Of a stretch of DNA of 64,000 bases, positions 28,803 through 39,457 are shown one piece after another; position 1 is the stretch's first letter, and each line of letters begins with the position of its first letter. The notes beneath the pieces were generated by a model. It was not told the origin of the DNA. It made no database searches and saw only the letters and a program-made list of their open reading frames with translations. The position numbers were made by a program, and so were the translations under genes. The DNA comes from an uncultured Clostridium sp. (GTDB lineage Bacteria; Bacillota; Clostridia; Oscillospirales; Oscillospiraceae). The stretch spans positions 1,177 through 65,176 of the forward strand of contig CAJFVL010000002.1 in the NCBI GenBank assembly GCA_904420465.1, written 5' to 3'.

Positions 28803-28999
28803 ACCGCTGATCTATCCTTTCCACCATAAAATTTGCGTTCGGACAGGGGCTTGGCGTTCCCCTCCGTTTCGTGATGAATTATAACGAAGCATCCGTCCTG
28901 AAAACGTCAAATTTTATTCTATATCCACAATCGCGCGTTCCCGGCCCATCGCTTTTCACATTCTTCACAAGGCCCTTGGATCTATATTTTCTCAAAAGT

Positions 29000-29039
29000 A
29001 AAAAAAGGACAATGGTGCCAATCCAGACGCCATTGTCCT
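29000..29039 (-). terminator. Intrinsic terminator in the leader upstream of the ACAD operon
   Basis: Minus-strand AGGACAATGG...CCATTGTCCT stem followed by a T run. Confidence 0.75.
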
Positions 29040-29103
29040 GCACAAGCCACAATTCACTCCCTCCAGGTCCCGGCCCGGGGAACAAATATGTTTCCTGCTA
29101 TTA

Positions 29104-29133
29104 AAGATACTTGAAAATCCGCCTTTTTTCAAG
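29104..29133 (-). promoter_or_regulatory. Putative sigmaA promoter overlapped by inverted repeat CTTGAAAA-N8-TTTTCAAG
   Basis: TTGAAA-17 bp-TATCTT on the minus strand; dyad at 29110-29133. Confidence 0.55.
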
Positions 29134-29440
29134 ACGCAATTCTGACGAAAGTTCGTTTTCCGCCGGCATTTCCATCGGAACACTTTCTGCATTTTCTTTC
29201 AATACTCTGAAATATTTTCTCTTTTTTGCAGCTTCCTTTCGAAAAAGCATGCAGATTTTCTTTTCGGAGCCGTTCTCTGGTCGTTCCGGAGGGCAGTCCC
29301 GCCGTCTGTCAGGGCTCTTTTCCGGATTTCGGCGGATGTCTGTTCCGTCAAATTTTTATCAAAGCCATCACCGTCAATTTCTTAAGCTTTTGAAGTTCAA
29401 CCAAATTTTTTGTTAATTTTTTTATGTGGCACACAGAGAT

Positions 29441-30406
29441 TCAGCCTTTTGACGAACCGCCGCCCTCATGGAGCTTCTTTCCCGCGTACGCAATCACCTG
29501 GAGCATGGTCAGGGCAGCCAGCCGCTCGGTGCACCCGGTGGCGTCATAGGCGGGCGCCACCTCCACCAGGTCCATGGCCACCACCCTGCCGGTCTGGCAG
29601 ATGGCCTTGAGCATATCCATGCTCTCGTCGTATGTGATGCCGCCGGGCAGCGGAGAGGCCGCGCCGGGAGCCAGCGGCATGTCATACCCGTCAATGTCAA
29701 AGGTGATATAATAGGCCTCCGCGTCGGGGATCTGGTCCAGTACATATTGGACTCCCTTGCTGTGGAGGTCCCGGGCCGAGATCAGGCGGCTGCCATAGGC
29801 CCGGGCGTCGTCATAGTCGCTCTTCTTTCCGCTTCCCATTCCCCGCAGGCCGATCTGCACCATCTCTCCAATGTGTTCCATCTCGGACATGCGGCGCATG
29901 GGGCTTCCGTTTCCCTGGGCCAGGGGACCCACATGGCTGGTCCAGTCCAGGTGGGCGTCAAACTGGATCACACAGATCTTCTTTCCATACTCCTCCAGCG
30001 CCCGGCCCACCGGGATGCTGATGGAGTGGTCGCCCCCCATGACAATGGGGATGGAACCCGCCCGGATGATGCGGCGCACCGCCCGCTCAATGCAGTGGAA
30101 GGAATACTCCCGGTCTCCCTGAAGCACGTCGGCGTCGCCGCAGTCGGCAATGGTGATGGGGGCGGCCAGCAGCTGCTCGTCGCTCTCGTAGTCGTAGTAG
30201 CCGGCCTCGCCCCGGCCGTACTGGGTGGAGGCCTCCCGGATGCGGCGGGGGCCCATCCGGGCTCCGCTGAGAAAGCCCACCCCCATGTCAAAGGGGACGC
30301 CCAGCACGCCGAAGTCCGCCTTCAGCTCATCCAGGTCCAGGCAGATGGGATATCTTCCAAACGAGCAGATGCCGGTAATGGGCTGGCTGATCAATTCAGG
30401 ACGCAT
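29441..30406 (-). CDS. Ureohydrolase (agmatinase/guanidino-acid hydrolase family)
   Basis: GVPFD, GAR.GP..IREAS, GGDHS, FDAHLD, DID..D and DLVEVAP metal-binding motifs. Confidence 0.88.
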   Translation of the reverse strand: MRPELISQPITGICSFGRYPICLDLDELKADFGVLGVPFDMGVGFLSGARMGPRRIREASTQYGRGEAGYYDYESDEQLLAAPITIADCGDADVLQGDREYSFHCIERAVRRIIRAGSIPIVMGGDHSISIPVGRALEEYGKKICVIQFDAHLDWTSHVGPLAQGNGSPMRRMSEMEHIGEMVQIGLRGMGSGKKSDYDDARAYGSRLISARDLHSKGVQYVLDQIPDAEAYYITFDIDGYDMPLAPGAASPLPGGITYDESMDMLKAICQTGRVVAMDLVEVAPAYDATGCTERLAALTMLQVIAYAGKKLHEGGGSSKG

Positions 30407-30697
30407 ATTACTCTTCCTTTCTCACTGTGCCGGATGGTCTGTACAGCCTCCCGCCGTCCGGCGCGCTCCATGCGGAAAGCACATTTCTGTTCCTTGGATT
30501 ATGCGACTATTTTATCCCGGGAGGGCCGCTTCTGCAACCGCAAAATGAAACGGAATTCCCCGGCCGGCTAAATTTACTTAACTGAATGGACCGCCGGACC
30601 CCCGCTTTGTTTGCTCCCCCTCTTTTCCGCCGCCCCAAATCCGCTCTTTTCTTTTTCCGCCCCCTGTATTACACTGGGGACAGGAGGCGAGAAGCAC

Positions 30698-31474
30698 ATG
30701 CGCATGATCATTTCTCCCGCAAAAAAAATGCGGACGGACAGCGACACCCTGGAGGTTCTGGGCATGCCCCGGTTCCTGGCACAGGCCGAGCAGCTGGCCG
30801 GACTGCTGCGGACCATGTCTTACTTAGAGCTGAAAGCCCTCTGGCGGTGCAATGACGCCATTGCCGCCCTCAACGTCAGGCGTCTGGAGACGCTGGACCT
30901 GCGCCGCGGCCTCACCCCCGCCCTGCTGGCCTACGACGGAATCCAGTACCAGCACATCGCCCCCGCCGTCTTTACCCGGGAGGAGTATGCCTACCTTCAA
31001 AGTCACCTGTGCATTTTGTCCGGCCTTTACGGTATCCTGCGCCCCTTTGACGGTGTGACCCCCTACCGCCTGGAGATGCAGGCCAGGCTCTCCGGCCCCG
31101 GCTTCTCCTCCCTTTATCAGTTCTGGGGGGACCGGCTGGCCAGGGCGCTGGCGGAGGAGACAGATCTGGTGCTGAACCTGGCCTCCCGGGAGTACAGCCA
31201 GGCTGTGCTCCCCCACCTCCCCCCGTCCGTTCGGGTGATCACCTGCGTCTTTGGGGAGGAGCGTGAGGGCCGCGTCGCGGAGAAGGGCACTTTATGCAAA
31301 ATGGCCCGGGGCGAGCTGGTGCGGTGGGCGGCGGTCAGCCGCCTGGAGAACCCGGAGGAGCTGTCCCGCTTCCAGGCCCTTGGGTTTGCTTTTTCCCCCG
31401 GACGCTCCTCCCCCGAACGGTTCGTGTTCCTTCGAAGGCCCGGCGGACGCCAACCGTCGGCAAAAGAACTTTGA
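30698..31474 (+). CDS. yaaA: Peroxide stress protein YaaA (DUF328)
   Basis: IISPAKKM, AY.G..Y, ILSGLYG.LRP.D...PYRLEM, NLAS.EY and KMARG motifs. Confidence 0.93.
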   Translation: MRMIISPAKKMRTDSDTLEVLGMPRFLAQAEQLAGLLRTMSYLELKALWRCNDAIAALNVRRLETLDLRRGLTPALLAYDGIQYQHIAPAVFTREEYAYLQSHLCILSGLYGILRPFDGVTPYRLEMQARLSGPGFSSLYQFWGDRLARALAEETDLVLNLASREYSQAVLPHLPPSVRVITCVFGEEREGRVAEKGTLCKMARGELVRWAAVSRLENPEELSRFQALGFAFSPGRSSPERFVFLRRPGGRQPSAKEL

Positions 31475-31499
31475 CATTTCCTCTTTGTTGGTTTATAAT
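31471..31499 (+). promoter_or_regulatory. Consensus sigmaA promoter
   Basis: TTGACA-17 bp-TATAAT. Confidence 0.85.
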
Positions 31500-31594
31500 A
31501 AAATAAAGGCAAAACACCCCGTCTTTTTGGGGCGTTTTCCCTACATCTTCTCCGGTTTTGGGGGAAGGCATTCCGACCTGCAAGGAGGCGCTTT

Positions 31595-32179
31595 ATGAAA
31601 AACAGGATTATAACCATCAGCCGTGAATTCGGAAGCGGCGGACGAACCATCGGCAAGCTTGCCGCCGAACAGCTGAACATCCCCTGCTACGACCAGGAGC
31701 TGATCGAACGTTTTTCCAAGGAGAGCGGCTTTTCCAAGGAATTCGTCGCTGAGCGCGGAGAGGACGCCCCTTATGGAAGCTGGTTTGCCAACGCCCTGTC
31801 CAGCCAGGCCCTTCAGGGCACTTCCCCCCAGGACTTTCTGTGGGCAGTGCAGCAGCATGTGATTTTGGACCTGGCGAAAAAAGGCCCCTGCGTCATTGTA
31901 GGACGCTGCGCCGACTATATTTTGCGGGACGCCGCGGACTGTCTGAGAGTCTTTGTCCACGCCAGCCTGGAAAAGCGGGCTGAGCGCATTGTCAAGCTGT
32001 ACGGCGAGCGGGAGGACGCCCCCATCAAGCGGCTGCGGGACAAGGACAAGCGCCGGGCCGCCTATTACAAGCTCTACACCGACACCGAGTGGGGCGTGAT
32101 GCGCCACTACCACATCACCCTGGACAGCGGCGTGCTGGGGTTGGAGACCTGCGCCGGGATCATCGCCCAGCTGTTCTGA
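31595..32179 (+). CDS. Cytidylate kinase-like family protein
   Basis: ITISREFGSGG, CVIVGRCADYIL and D..RA.YY..YT...WG motifs. Confidence 0.88.
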   Translation: MKNRIITISREFGSGGRTIGKLAAEQLNIPCYDQELIERFSKESGFSKEFVAERGEDAPYGSWFANALSSQALQGTSPQDFLWAVQQHVILDLAKKGPCVIVGRCADYILRDAADCLRVFVHASLEKRAERIVKLYGEREDAPIKRLRDKDKRRAAYYKLYTDTEWGVMRHYHITLDSGVLGLETCAGIIAQLF

Positions 32180-32217
32180 ACCGCCCGCCCCAGCGCTTCC
32201 GGATCTCCGAAGGGCAC

Positions 32218-32265
32218 ATAAACCGGGAGGGAGAAGACTTCAAAATCTTCTCCCTCCCGGTTTAT
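32218..32265. terminator. Bidirectional hairpin terminator
   Basis: ATAAACCGGGAGGGAGAAGA/TCTTCTCCCTCCCGGTTTAT stem between convergent genes. Confidence 0.75.
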
Positions 32266-32296
32266 CATCGCCGCTTGTCTGCCTGCGGCTGTCAAA

Positions 32297-33955
32297 TCAG
32301 TCCTTGCCGCCGAAGAGCCACAGGGCTCCGTCCTGGGCGCCTCCCACGCCGGCCCGATAGGCCCGCAGGACGCCGGGGGCCGGGTGGTCCGGGCGGCGGA
32401 TCTCCTTCTTCCGGGCCTCCAGCTCCTCGTCGCTTACCTCCAGCTGGATCAGCTTTTTCTCCAGGTCGATGGTGATCATGTCCCCGTTGCGGACACAGGC
32501 AATGGGGCCGCCGTCCCAGGCCTCCGGGGCGATATGGCCCACGCAGGGCCCCCGGGAGGCCCCGGAGAAGCGTCCGTCGGTAATCATGGCCACCGAGGTG
32601 TGCAATCCCATGCCCATGAGCATGGCGGCGGGGATGGACATCTCCCGCATGCCGGGGCCGCCCTTTGGCCCCTCGTACCGGATGACCAGAACGCAGCCCG
32701 GCTCTACCTTGGAGTGGAGCATGTGGTCCATCAGGTCCTCCTCCGACTCAAAGACCACCGCCGGGCCCCGATGATAGTACATCTTGGGGTCCACGCCGGT
32801 CTTTTTCACCACCGCGCCCTGGGGGGCCAGGTTGCCGTGGAGAATGGTAAAGCAGCCGGCGGGACTCAGGGCGTCCTCCACCGGGTGGATGACCGCCGGG
32901 TTGGCAGGGGGCGCCGGGCGGTCCACCAGCTCCCGCATGGTGCCGTCAAAGGCCATGGGCACATCCAGGTCCAGATAGTCCCGGATGGCCCGCAGGGATG
33001 CGGCCACGCCGCCGGCCCGGTGATAGTCGGTCATGTTGTACTGGGAGGAGGGCTTGAATTTGGCCACCACGGGGACGCTCTCCTGGATGGCGTCAAACTC
33101 CTTCAGGTCCATCTCCAGGCCAGCCGCCCGGGCAATGGCCATGACGTGCATGACAAAGTTGGTGGAGCCGCCGGTGGCCGACACATGGCGGATACCATTG
33201 GAAATGGAAGCCTTGGTCATAAAGGTGCGGGCGGTGGTGCCCTCCCGCACCAGCTGGACAATGCGCTCCCCCACGCTGCGGGCCTGACGCATCTTGGCCG
33301 CCGAGCAGGAGAGCATGGTGGTGGAGCCAATGGGGCACAGGCCCAGCACCTCGGCAAAGACCCCCATGGTGTTTGCCGTGCCGTACATGGAGCAGGTGCC
33401 GCAGGAGAAGCAGATGTTCTCCTTATAATCCTCAAACTGCTCCTCGGTGATCTTACCGGAATTCCGGGCACCGATGGACTCCTTCAGGTCCGGGGTCACC
33501 ATCACCTTTTCCCCGGTGTCATAGGGGACCATGGAGCCCGCCGTCAGAAACAGGGTGGGCACGTCCACCGAGGCCGCCGCCATCAGCATGGCGGGGACGA
33601 TCTTGTCGCAGGAGCACAGAAACACCAGGCCGTCAAAGTCGTGGGCCTTGGCCATGGCCTCCGCCGAGGCGGCAATCAGGTCCCGCTGGGGCAGGATGTA
33701 CTGCATCCCGATAAGCTGAGCCATGCCGTCACAGGGGGCTGGGACGTTGAACTCCGCCGGAGCGCCGCCGGCCGCCCAGACGCCTTCCTTTACATAATTC
33801 ACCAGCTCCTTAAAGGGCTTGTGGCCGGGGTTGACATCATTCCAGGAATTTACAATTCCGATGACCGGCTTTTTCAGGTCCTCCTGGCGGTAGCCCACCG
33901 ACTGCATCAGGCCGATATAATAGGCATCCGCCATGCTGTCTCTTCTTTCTTCCAA
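32297..33955 (-). CDS. ilvD: Dihydroxy-acid dehydratase (IlvD/Edd family)
   Basis: [46 protein letters not shown] and GH.APEA motifs. TTG start chosen by RBS spacing. Confidence 0.85.
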   Translation of the reverse strand: MEERRDSMADAYYIGLMQSVGYRQEDLKKPVIGIVNSWNDVNPGHKPFKELVNYVKEGVWAAGGAPAEFNVPAPCDGMAQLIGMQYILPQRDLIAASAEAMAKAHDFDGLVFLCSCDKIVPAMLMAAASVDVPTLFLTAGSMVPYDTGEKVMVTPDLKESIGARNSGKITEEQFEDYKENICFSCGTCSMYGTANTMGVFAEVLGLCPIGSTTMLSCSAAKMRQARSVGERIVQLVREGTTARTFMTKASISNGIRHVSATGGSTNFVMHVMAIARAAGLEMDLKEFDAIQESVPVVAKFKPSSQYNMTDYHRAGGVAASLRAIRDYLDLDVPMAFDGTMRELVDRPAPPANPAVIHPVEDALSPAGCFTILHGNLAPQGAVVKKTGVDPKMYYHRGPAVVFESEEDLMDHMLHSKVEPGCVLVIRYEGPKGGPGMREMSIPAAMLMGMGLHTSVAMITDGRFSGASRGPCVGHIAPEAWDGGPIACVRNGDMITIDLEKKLIQLEVSDEELEARKKEIRRPDHPAPGVLRAYRAGVGGAQDGALWLFGGKD

Positions 33956-34137
33956 GGATAATCCCTCCTCAACCGAATTTTTACACAAAATACACGGGAT
34001 TTATTGATCAAGTTTTATCATAACAGAAAACCAGCATCAAGAAAAGTATATGTTTCCCAATGATAGGACAAGAAAAAACTTGTATTTCCTCCCGGGGCGT
34101 GGTACTCTGACAGAAAAACGACAAGGAGAGGTGCGCC

Positions 34138-35091
34138 ATGACCACCAACCAGCAGATGTTCCTCCTGGTTGCGGAGGAACTGAGCTTCACCCGGGCGGCC
34201 GCCCGGGCCTATGTGTCCCAGTCCTGTCTCAGCGACCACGTCCGCCGGCTGGAGGAATCCTACGGCGTGCGTCTGTTTGACCGCAGCCCGAAGCTGAAGC
34301 TGACAGCAGCGGGCGAGACCCTCTGCCGCGCCCTGCGGCAGATCCAGTCCATTGAGCGGGGCGTACAGCAGGAATTTTCCGGCAGCGGGGCGCTGGCCCG
34401 GGGAACGGTGACGCTGGGCATTCACCCGGTCCGGGCCCGTCAGCTGCTGCCCGGGCTGTTCGCGGCCTACCGGGAGGAGTATCCCGGCATCCACCTGTCT
34501 GTGGTGCTGGGTGAGACCAGGAAGCTGGCCCCCCAGCTTCTGGACGGAAAGCTGGACCTGTTTCTGGGGGTGGATGCCCTTCCCCACCCCAATCTCAGCC
34601 AGGAGCCCCTTCGGAATGAATCCATCTGGCTGCTCGCCACCCGCCGGCTGCTCCGGGAACGCCTGCCCGGCTGGCAGGAGGGCCGGCGGGAGCTTCAGCC
34701 CGAGGAGCTGCCCCGGCTTCCTCTGGCCCGCAACCCCGCCGTCAGCACCCTCACGCAGGCCCTGGACCACTTTCTGGCCAGCCGCGACATATCGGCCGAA
34801 CCAGCCTGCTCAGTAGGTGACTACTACACCCAGCTCTCTCTGTGTCAGCGGCATCTGGCAGCCGCTTTCTGTCCGGAGAGCTTCCTGCGGGAGGTCTCAC
34901 TGCAAAACGCCCTGCACCCCCGTGAGGACCCGGTCCTGATCCTCCGGGTGCCGGGGCTGGACAGCCGGCTGCGGGTGTCTCTGGTGACCCACACAAGCCA
35001 CTACCTCCCCCCCTATGTCTCAGCCCTCCACAAGCTCCTGCGCGAGCAGTACCTGGAGCTGATGGAGGAGGTGGACCGGCTGAAGCAATGA
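34138..35091 (+). CDS. LysR family regulator divergent from the ilvD-like gene
   Basis: SFTRAA...VSQS.LS....LE..YG..LFDR...LT.AG HTH. Confidence 0.9.
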   Translation: MTTNQQMFLLVAEELSFTRAAARAYVSQSCLSDHVRRLEESYGVRLFDRSPKLKLTAAGETLCRALRQIQSIERGVQQEFSGSGALARGTVTLGIHPVRARQLLPGLFAAYREEYPGIHLSVVLGETRKLAPQLLDGKLDLFLGVDALPHPNLSQEPLRNESIWLLATRRLLRERLPGWQEGRRELQPEELPRLPLARNPAVSTLTQALDHFLASRDISAEPACSVGDYYTQLSLCQRHLAAAFCPESFLREVSLQNALHPREDPVLILRVPGLDSRLRVSLVTHTSHYLPPYVSALHKLLREQYLELMEEVDRLKQ

Positions 35092-35100
35092 GCAGAAACC

Positions 35101-35140
35101 GAAACAGCCGTCCGGCGCAAAGCCCGGACGGCTGTTTTTC
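35101..35140. terminator. Bidirectional terminator
   Basis: AAACAGCCGTCCGG/CCGGACGGCTGTTT plus T tract. Confidence 0.75.
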
Positions 35141-35403
35141 TATCCGTTCAGCTCCACCGCCCTCGCCTCCAGCCAGGCGGCGAGCTTCTCCAGCCCCTCC
35201 TCGCTCATAGGGAACGCGGCGGTCTCCAAAATTTCACTCAGCTCCCGGGTCAGGGGGCCGCGCCAGAGCTCCGCCTCCAAGCTGGCCGCCTGCTCCTCCC
35301 GGGCCGGAACGGGCCGGATGAAAAACCGGGCCTGTCCCTTGCTGCCGTACCAGGTGTTGCCGTTTTCCCAGAACAGCATGGTGGGGATCAGAATATCCTG
35401 CAC
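35140..35403 (-). CDS. Small hypothetical protein downstream of glpK
   Basis: 87 aa, GTG start with a GAGG-type RBS, host-like codon use, co-oriented with glpK. Confidence 0.6.
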   Translation of the reverse strand: MQDILIPTMLFWENGNTWYGSKGQARFFIRPVPAREEQAASLEAELWRGPLTRELSEILETAAFPMSEEGLEKLAAWLEARAVELNG

Positions 35404-35427
35404 TGTCCTCTCTCCTCGCTTGAAAAA

Positions 35428-36921
35428 TCAGCCGTGGTCCGCCCAGTCCAGGCTGCGGCCCACCGCCTTGTGCCAGCCCTGCAGCAGCTGTGTCCGGCGC
35501 TCGGACTCCATGTCCGGCCGGTACAGCTGGTCTGCGGTACGCAGGCTCCGGAGTTCCTCCAGACCGCTCCACACCCCAACGGCCAGCCCCGCCAGGTCGG
35601 CCGCCCCCAGGGCAGTGGTCTCCCGAATGGCAGGGCGGCGCACCGGCATGTCCAAAATATCCGCCTGGAACTGCATCAGAAAACGGTCCCGGCTGGCCCC
35701 GCCATCCGCGTTCAGGGCAGCCAGCGTCATACCGGTGTCCTTCTCCATAGCCCGCACCAGATCATAGACCTGATAGGCGATCGACTCCTGGGCCGCCCGG
35801 ATGATGTGCTCCCGAGTGGTGCCCCGGGTCAGCCCCAGCAGCGCCCCCCGGGCGTACATGTCCCAGTGGGGCGCTCCCAGGCCGGTGAAGGCGGGCACCA
35901 GGTAGACTCCGCCGGTATCAGCCACCTTGGAGGCGTAATACTCCGCGTCCCGGGCCTCGGAGAGGAAGCGCAGCTCATCCCTCAGCCACTGGATCACCGC
36001 TCCGCCCACAAAGACAGAGCCCTCCAAGGCGTACTGTGCCCGCTCCCCCTGTCCGGCAGCGATGGTGGTCACCAGCCCATTCTGGCTGCGGCACAGCTGC
36101 TCCCCGGTGTTCATCAGCAGGAAGCACCCTGTTCCGTATGTATTTTTGGCCTCTCCCGGCCCGAAGCAGGTCTGGCCGAAGAGGGCGGCCTGCTGGTCGC
36201 CGGCGATTCCGGCGATAGGCACCTCCACTCCCTGAAGGTTTACCGTACCATACACCGCGCTGGAAGGCATCACCCGGGGCAGCATCTCCATGGGAATATC
36301 CAGCGCGGAGCAGATGCGGTTGTCCCAGCGGAGCCGTTCAATATCAAAGAGCATGGTGCGGCTGGCGTTGGTGTAATCCGTGACATGGGCCTTTCCTCCG
36401 GTCAGCTTCCACACCAGCCAGGAATCCACAGTTCCGAAAAGCAGCTCCCCCGCACCCGCCCGCTCCCGTGCTCCCTCCACATGGTCCAAAATCCACTTCA
36501 GCTTGGTGGCCGAGAAATAGGCGTCCACCAGCAGGCCAGTGTGCTCCTGAATATACTCTGTCAGCGCCGCGTCTCTCTTCAGCTCCTCGCACAGGGCCGC
36601 GGTTCGCCGGCATTGCCAGACAACGGCGTTGTATACCGGACGTCCCGTGTGTTTATCCCAGACCACGGCGGTTTCCCGCTGGTTGGTGATGCCGATGGCG
36701 GCCACCTCCTGCGGGGCCACTCCCGACTGAGCCAGGGCCTCGGTGAGAACGGAAAACTGTCCCGACCAGATCTCCATAGGGTCCTGCTCCACCCAGCCGG
36801 GCTGCGAATAGTGCTGGGTCAGCTCCCGCTGGGCCACCCCCACGATGTTCTGCTCCCGGTCAAATATAATGCACCGGCTGCTGGTGGTCCCTTGGTCCAG
36901 GGCGATAACGTATTGTTTCAT
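35428..36921 (-). CDS. glpK: Glycerol kinase
   Basis: [41 protein letters not shown] and PAFTGLGAP motifs. Confidence 0.97.
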   Translation of the reverse strand: MKQYVIALDQGTTSSRCIIFDREQNIVGVAQRELTQHYSQPGWVEQDPMEIWSGQFSVLTEALAQSGVAPQEVAAIGITNQRETAVVWDKHTGRPVYNAVVWQCRRTAALCEELKRDAALTEYIQEHTGLLVDAYFSATKLKWILDHVEGARERAGAGELLFGTVDSWLVWKLTGGKAHVTDYTNASRTMLFDIERLRWDNRICSALDIPMEMLPRVMPSSAVYGTVNLQGVEVPIAGIAGDQQAALFGQTCFGPGEAKNTYGTGCFLLMNTGEQLCRSQNGLVTTIAAGQGERAQYALEGSVFVGGAVIQWLRDELRFLSEARDAEYYASKVADTGGVYLVPAFTGLGAPHWDMYARGALLGLTRGTTREHIIRAAQESIAYQVYDLVRAMEKDTGMTLAALNADGGASRDRFLMQFQADILDMPVRRPAIRETTALGAADLAGLAVGVWSGLEELRSLRTADQLYRPDMESERRTQLLQGWHKAVGRSLDWADHG

Positions 36922-37033
36922 AGGGCCCCCTTCTCAGGCAGCCGCCCAGCAGAGGCGGACTCCTGTTTTTGGATGTCCCCATTTTACCTCATCCCGCTGT
37001 CCGGTGCAAGTAGCTTCCCCATTTGGGCAGAGA

Positions 37034-37062
37034 GGCATTTGTGCCCTGCGGTGCATAGAATG
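37034..37062 (+). promoter_or_regulatory. Putative sigmaK-type sporulation promoter
   Basis: GGCA-N16-CATAGAATG upstream of the collagen-like gene. Confidence 0.45.
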
Positions 37063-37139
37063 TCATGTGGCACAGCCATATTCAGCAGTCCGGCCGCGGC
37101 CGGACCCGCTCTGAACCCTATTGATTTGAAGGAGTGCCT

Positions 37140-38213
37140 ATGAAACGATATTCTGCTTCTCCTTGGGAGAGCAGCCGGAGAGACGGCGTGGTGGCCTATC
37201 TCAATGGAGACCAATCCTGCTGCCAGCCTTCGCCTCCCTGCTGTCCGCCTCCCTGTCCCCCCTGTCCCTGTCCCCCCTGTCCCTGTCCTCCGCCCTGCCC
37301 GCCGCCCTGCCCGCCGATTGTGGGACCCACAGGACCCGCAGGCCCCACTGGACCCACTGGTCCCATCGGACCGACCGGGCCTCAGGGCTTTGCCGGCCTT
37401 CCGGGACCGACAGGTCCCACTGGACCGCAGGGGATTCCCGGACCTGATGGCCCAACAGGTCCCACCGGACCTCAGGGCACCCCTGGCCCCGACGGTGCAC
37501 AGGGTGCCGCCGGGCCAACCGGACCCACCGGACCCCAGGGCGTCACCGGGCCGACCGGACCCACCGGACCCCAGGGCGCCGCCGGGCCGACCGGACCCAC
37601 CGGACCCCAGGGCGTCACCGGGCCAACCGGACCGTCCGGCGAAGAAGGAACGGCGGCCAGTGTGCGCGTCGGCACCGTGACCACCGGCGCCCCCGGAACA
37701 GAAGCCGCTGTCATCAACTCCGGCACAGAACGGGACGCAGTGCTGGACTTCACGATTCCTCAAGGCCCGTCCGGGTCTGCCGCCGCGCCAGTGCTGCTGT
37801 CCGCCTACTCCTCCCCGCCCCAATCCGGCACATCAGGGAGTACGCTGCTGTTTGATCGAAACGGCCCTGTATACGGCAGCGCGATTTCTCACACGGCTGG
37901 AAGCGGAACCTTCACCCTGAGCAGCCCAGGTGTATACGCCGCAGCATTTCATGGCGCCATTTCACCCGCCTCAGGCGTCACCTTCCCCTTAAATGTCACC
38001 ATATCGCTTCAGCAAAATGGCACCGTTGTTCCCGGAGGCACCGCCCTTCACACCTTCCACACCTCCTCTGACGCGGCCAATCTGTCTTTCTCTGCTCCGA
38101 TAGCTGTCTCCTCCGCACCCTCTACCCTTCAGGTAGCGGCTTCAGGCGGCAGTTTCCTCTACAGCGCCATCGGAATTACCATTTACCGGCTGGGAGACAT
38201 TCCCGCCACCTGA
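37140..38213 (+). CDS. BclA-like collagen-repeat spore surface protein with Cys/Pro-rich N-terminus
   Basis: [14 protein letters not shown].. segment, ~35 Gly-X-Y triplets (GPT/GPQ) and a C-terminal beta-sandwich-like domain. Confidence 0.85.
   Translation: MKRYSASPWESSRRDGVVAYLNGDQSCCQPSPPCCPPPCPPCPCPPCPCPPPCPPPCPPIVGPTGPAGPTGPTGPIGPTGPQGFAGLPGPTGPTGPQGIPGPDGPTGPTGPQGTPGPDGAQGAAGPTGPTGPQGVTGPTGPTGPQGAAGPTGPTGPQGVTGPTGPSGEEGTAASVRVGTVTTGAPGTEAAVINSGTERDAVLDFTIPQGPSGSAAAPVLLSAYSSPPQSGTSGSTLLFDRNGPVYGSAISHTAGSGTFTLSSPGVYAAAFHGAISPASGVTFPLNVTISLQQNGTVVPGGTALHTFHTSSDAANLSFSAPIAVSSAPSTLQVAASGGSFLYSAIGITIYRLGDIPAT
37323..37640 (+). repeat. Coding tandem repeats ([12 protein letters not shown])
   Basis: 36-bp periodic units such as GGGCCGACCGGACCCACCGGACCCCAGGGCG. 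Confidence 0.85.
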
Positions 38214-38299
38214 CCTTCACGGAAGGAGGGAGTGCCTGCACTCCCTCCTTCCTCCGCCCTTGGTCCGGCTTTGCTCCGGTTTCAAACAAGGAGACTCTC

Positions 38300-39382
38300 A
38301 TGAAGATTGTTGTCTATGCCATTTGCAAAAATGAAGCGAACTTTGCCGACCGCTGGATGGATTCCATGTCGGAGGCCGATCAGGTGGTGGTGCTGGACAC
38401 CGGCTCCACCGACAATACGATGGAAAGGCTGAGGGCACGAGGCGCGCAGGTCACAGCGGAAGCTGTCTCGCCCTGGCGGTTCGACACCGCCCGAAACCGC
38501 TCCCTGGATCTGGTCCCCCAGGACGCCGACATCTGTGTCTGCACCGACCTGGACGAAGTGTTCCAGCCTGGCTGGCGCGCTTTTCTGGAGGATGCCTGGA
38601 CCCCTGACGCCGGACAGGCCGCCTACCGCTATACCTGGTCCTTCAACCCGGACGGCTCAGAAGGCGTGGTTTTTTGGCAGGAGAAGATCCACGCCCGCCG
38701 CGGCTACCGGTGGGTCCACCCTGTCCACGAGATTCTGCAGTGGACCGGCCCCGGCCAGGCGGGACCAACCGTCACCGCCGAAGGAGTACAGCTGGACCAC
38801 CATCCAGACCCGCACAAATCCAGAAGCCAGTACCTGCCCCTGCTGGAGCTGTCGGTGGCCGAGGACCCGGACGACGACCGGAACGTCCACTACCTGGGCC
38901 GGGAGTACCTGTACTACGGCCGCTGGGACGACTGCATCCGCACCCTGAAACATCACCTGTCCATGCCCCGGGCCAACTGGGCGGACGAGCGGGCCGCCTC
39001 CATGCGCTATATTGCCCGCTCCTACGCCATGAAAGGAGAGCGTCAAACCGCCCGGGACTGGTACCTTCGCGCGATCGCCCAGGCCCCCCATCTTCGGGAG
39101 CCCTACCTGGATCTGGCCATGCTCCTCTATGAACAGGAGGAGTGGGACGGGGTGCTCTACTTCACCGGCTGTGCCCTGGACATTACCCGCCGTCCCAGAA
39201 CCTATATCTGCGAGGCGGCTCCCTGGGGCAGCCTGCCTCACGATCTGCGCTCCATCGCCTTTTACCAAACCGGCAGGCCGCGGGCAGCCCTGGAGGAGGC
39301 ACAGAAGGCCCTGACTCTGGAGCCGTCCAACTCCCGGCTGTCCGGCAACGCCGCTTTTCTGGCCCGCCTGGCGCAGGCATAA
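38300..39382 (+). CDS. GT2 glycosyltransferase with TPR region (SgtA-like spore glycosyltransferase)
   Basis: CKNE, LDTGSTD, F..ARN.SL, DLDE and W..PVHE motifs plus TPR-like C-terminus; adjacent to the collagen-like gene. Confidence 0.85.
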   Translation: MKIVVYAICKNEANFADRWMDSMSEADQVVVLDTGSTDNTMERLRARGAQVTAEAVSPWRFDTARNRSLDLVPQDADICVCTDLDEVFQPGWRAFLEDAWTPDAGQAAYRYTWSFNPDGSEGVVFWQEKIHARRGYRWVHPVHEILQWTGPGQAGPTVTAEGVQLDHHPDPHKSRSQYLPLLELSVAEDPDDDRNVHYLGREYLYYGRWDDCIRTLKHHLSMPRANWADERAASMRYIARSYAMKGERQTARDWYLRAIAQAPHLREPYLDLAMLLYEQEEWDGVLYFTGCALDITRRPRTYICEAAPWGSLPHDLRSIAFYQTGRPRAALEEAQKALTLEPSNSRLSGNAAFLARLAQA

Positions 39383-39457
39383 AAAAGAAGCCCGCTTCGG
39401 GGCTTTTCAAAGCCGGGAGGCCCGGAACGGGCCTCCCGGTAGCTCATAAAGCCATTC

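Noticed and set aside
29000-29070. Complete ANTAR dual-hairpin element
   Set aside because: Only one convincing hexaloop hairpin; the upstream partner is not evident. Kept only as an attenuator candidate.
29441-30406. Ureohydrolase as formimidoylglutamase HutG
   Set aside because: Motifs (GVPFD, GARxGPxxIREAS, GGDHS) are agmatinase-like, and FtcD already covers this step; not named hutG or speB.
37200-37640. Periodic repeats as a CRISPR array
   Set aside because: In-frame coding repeats (Cys/Pro and collagen triplets), no unique spacers and no cas genes.
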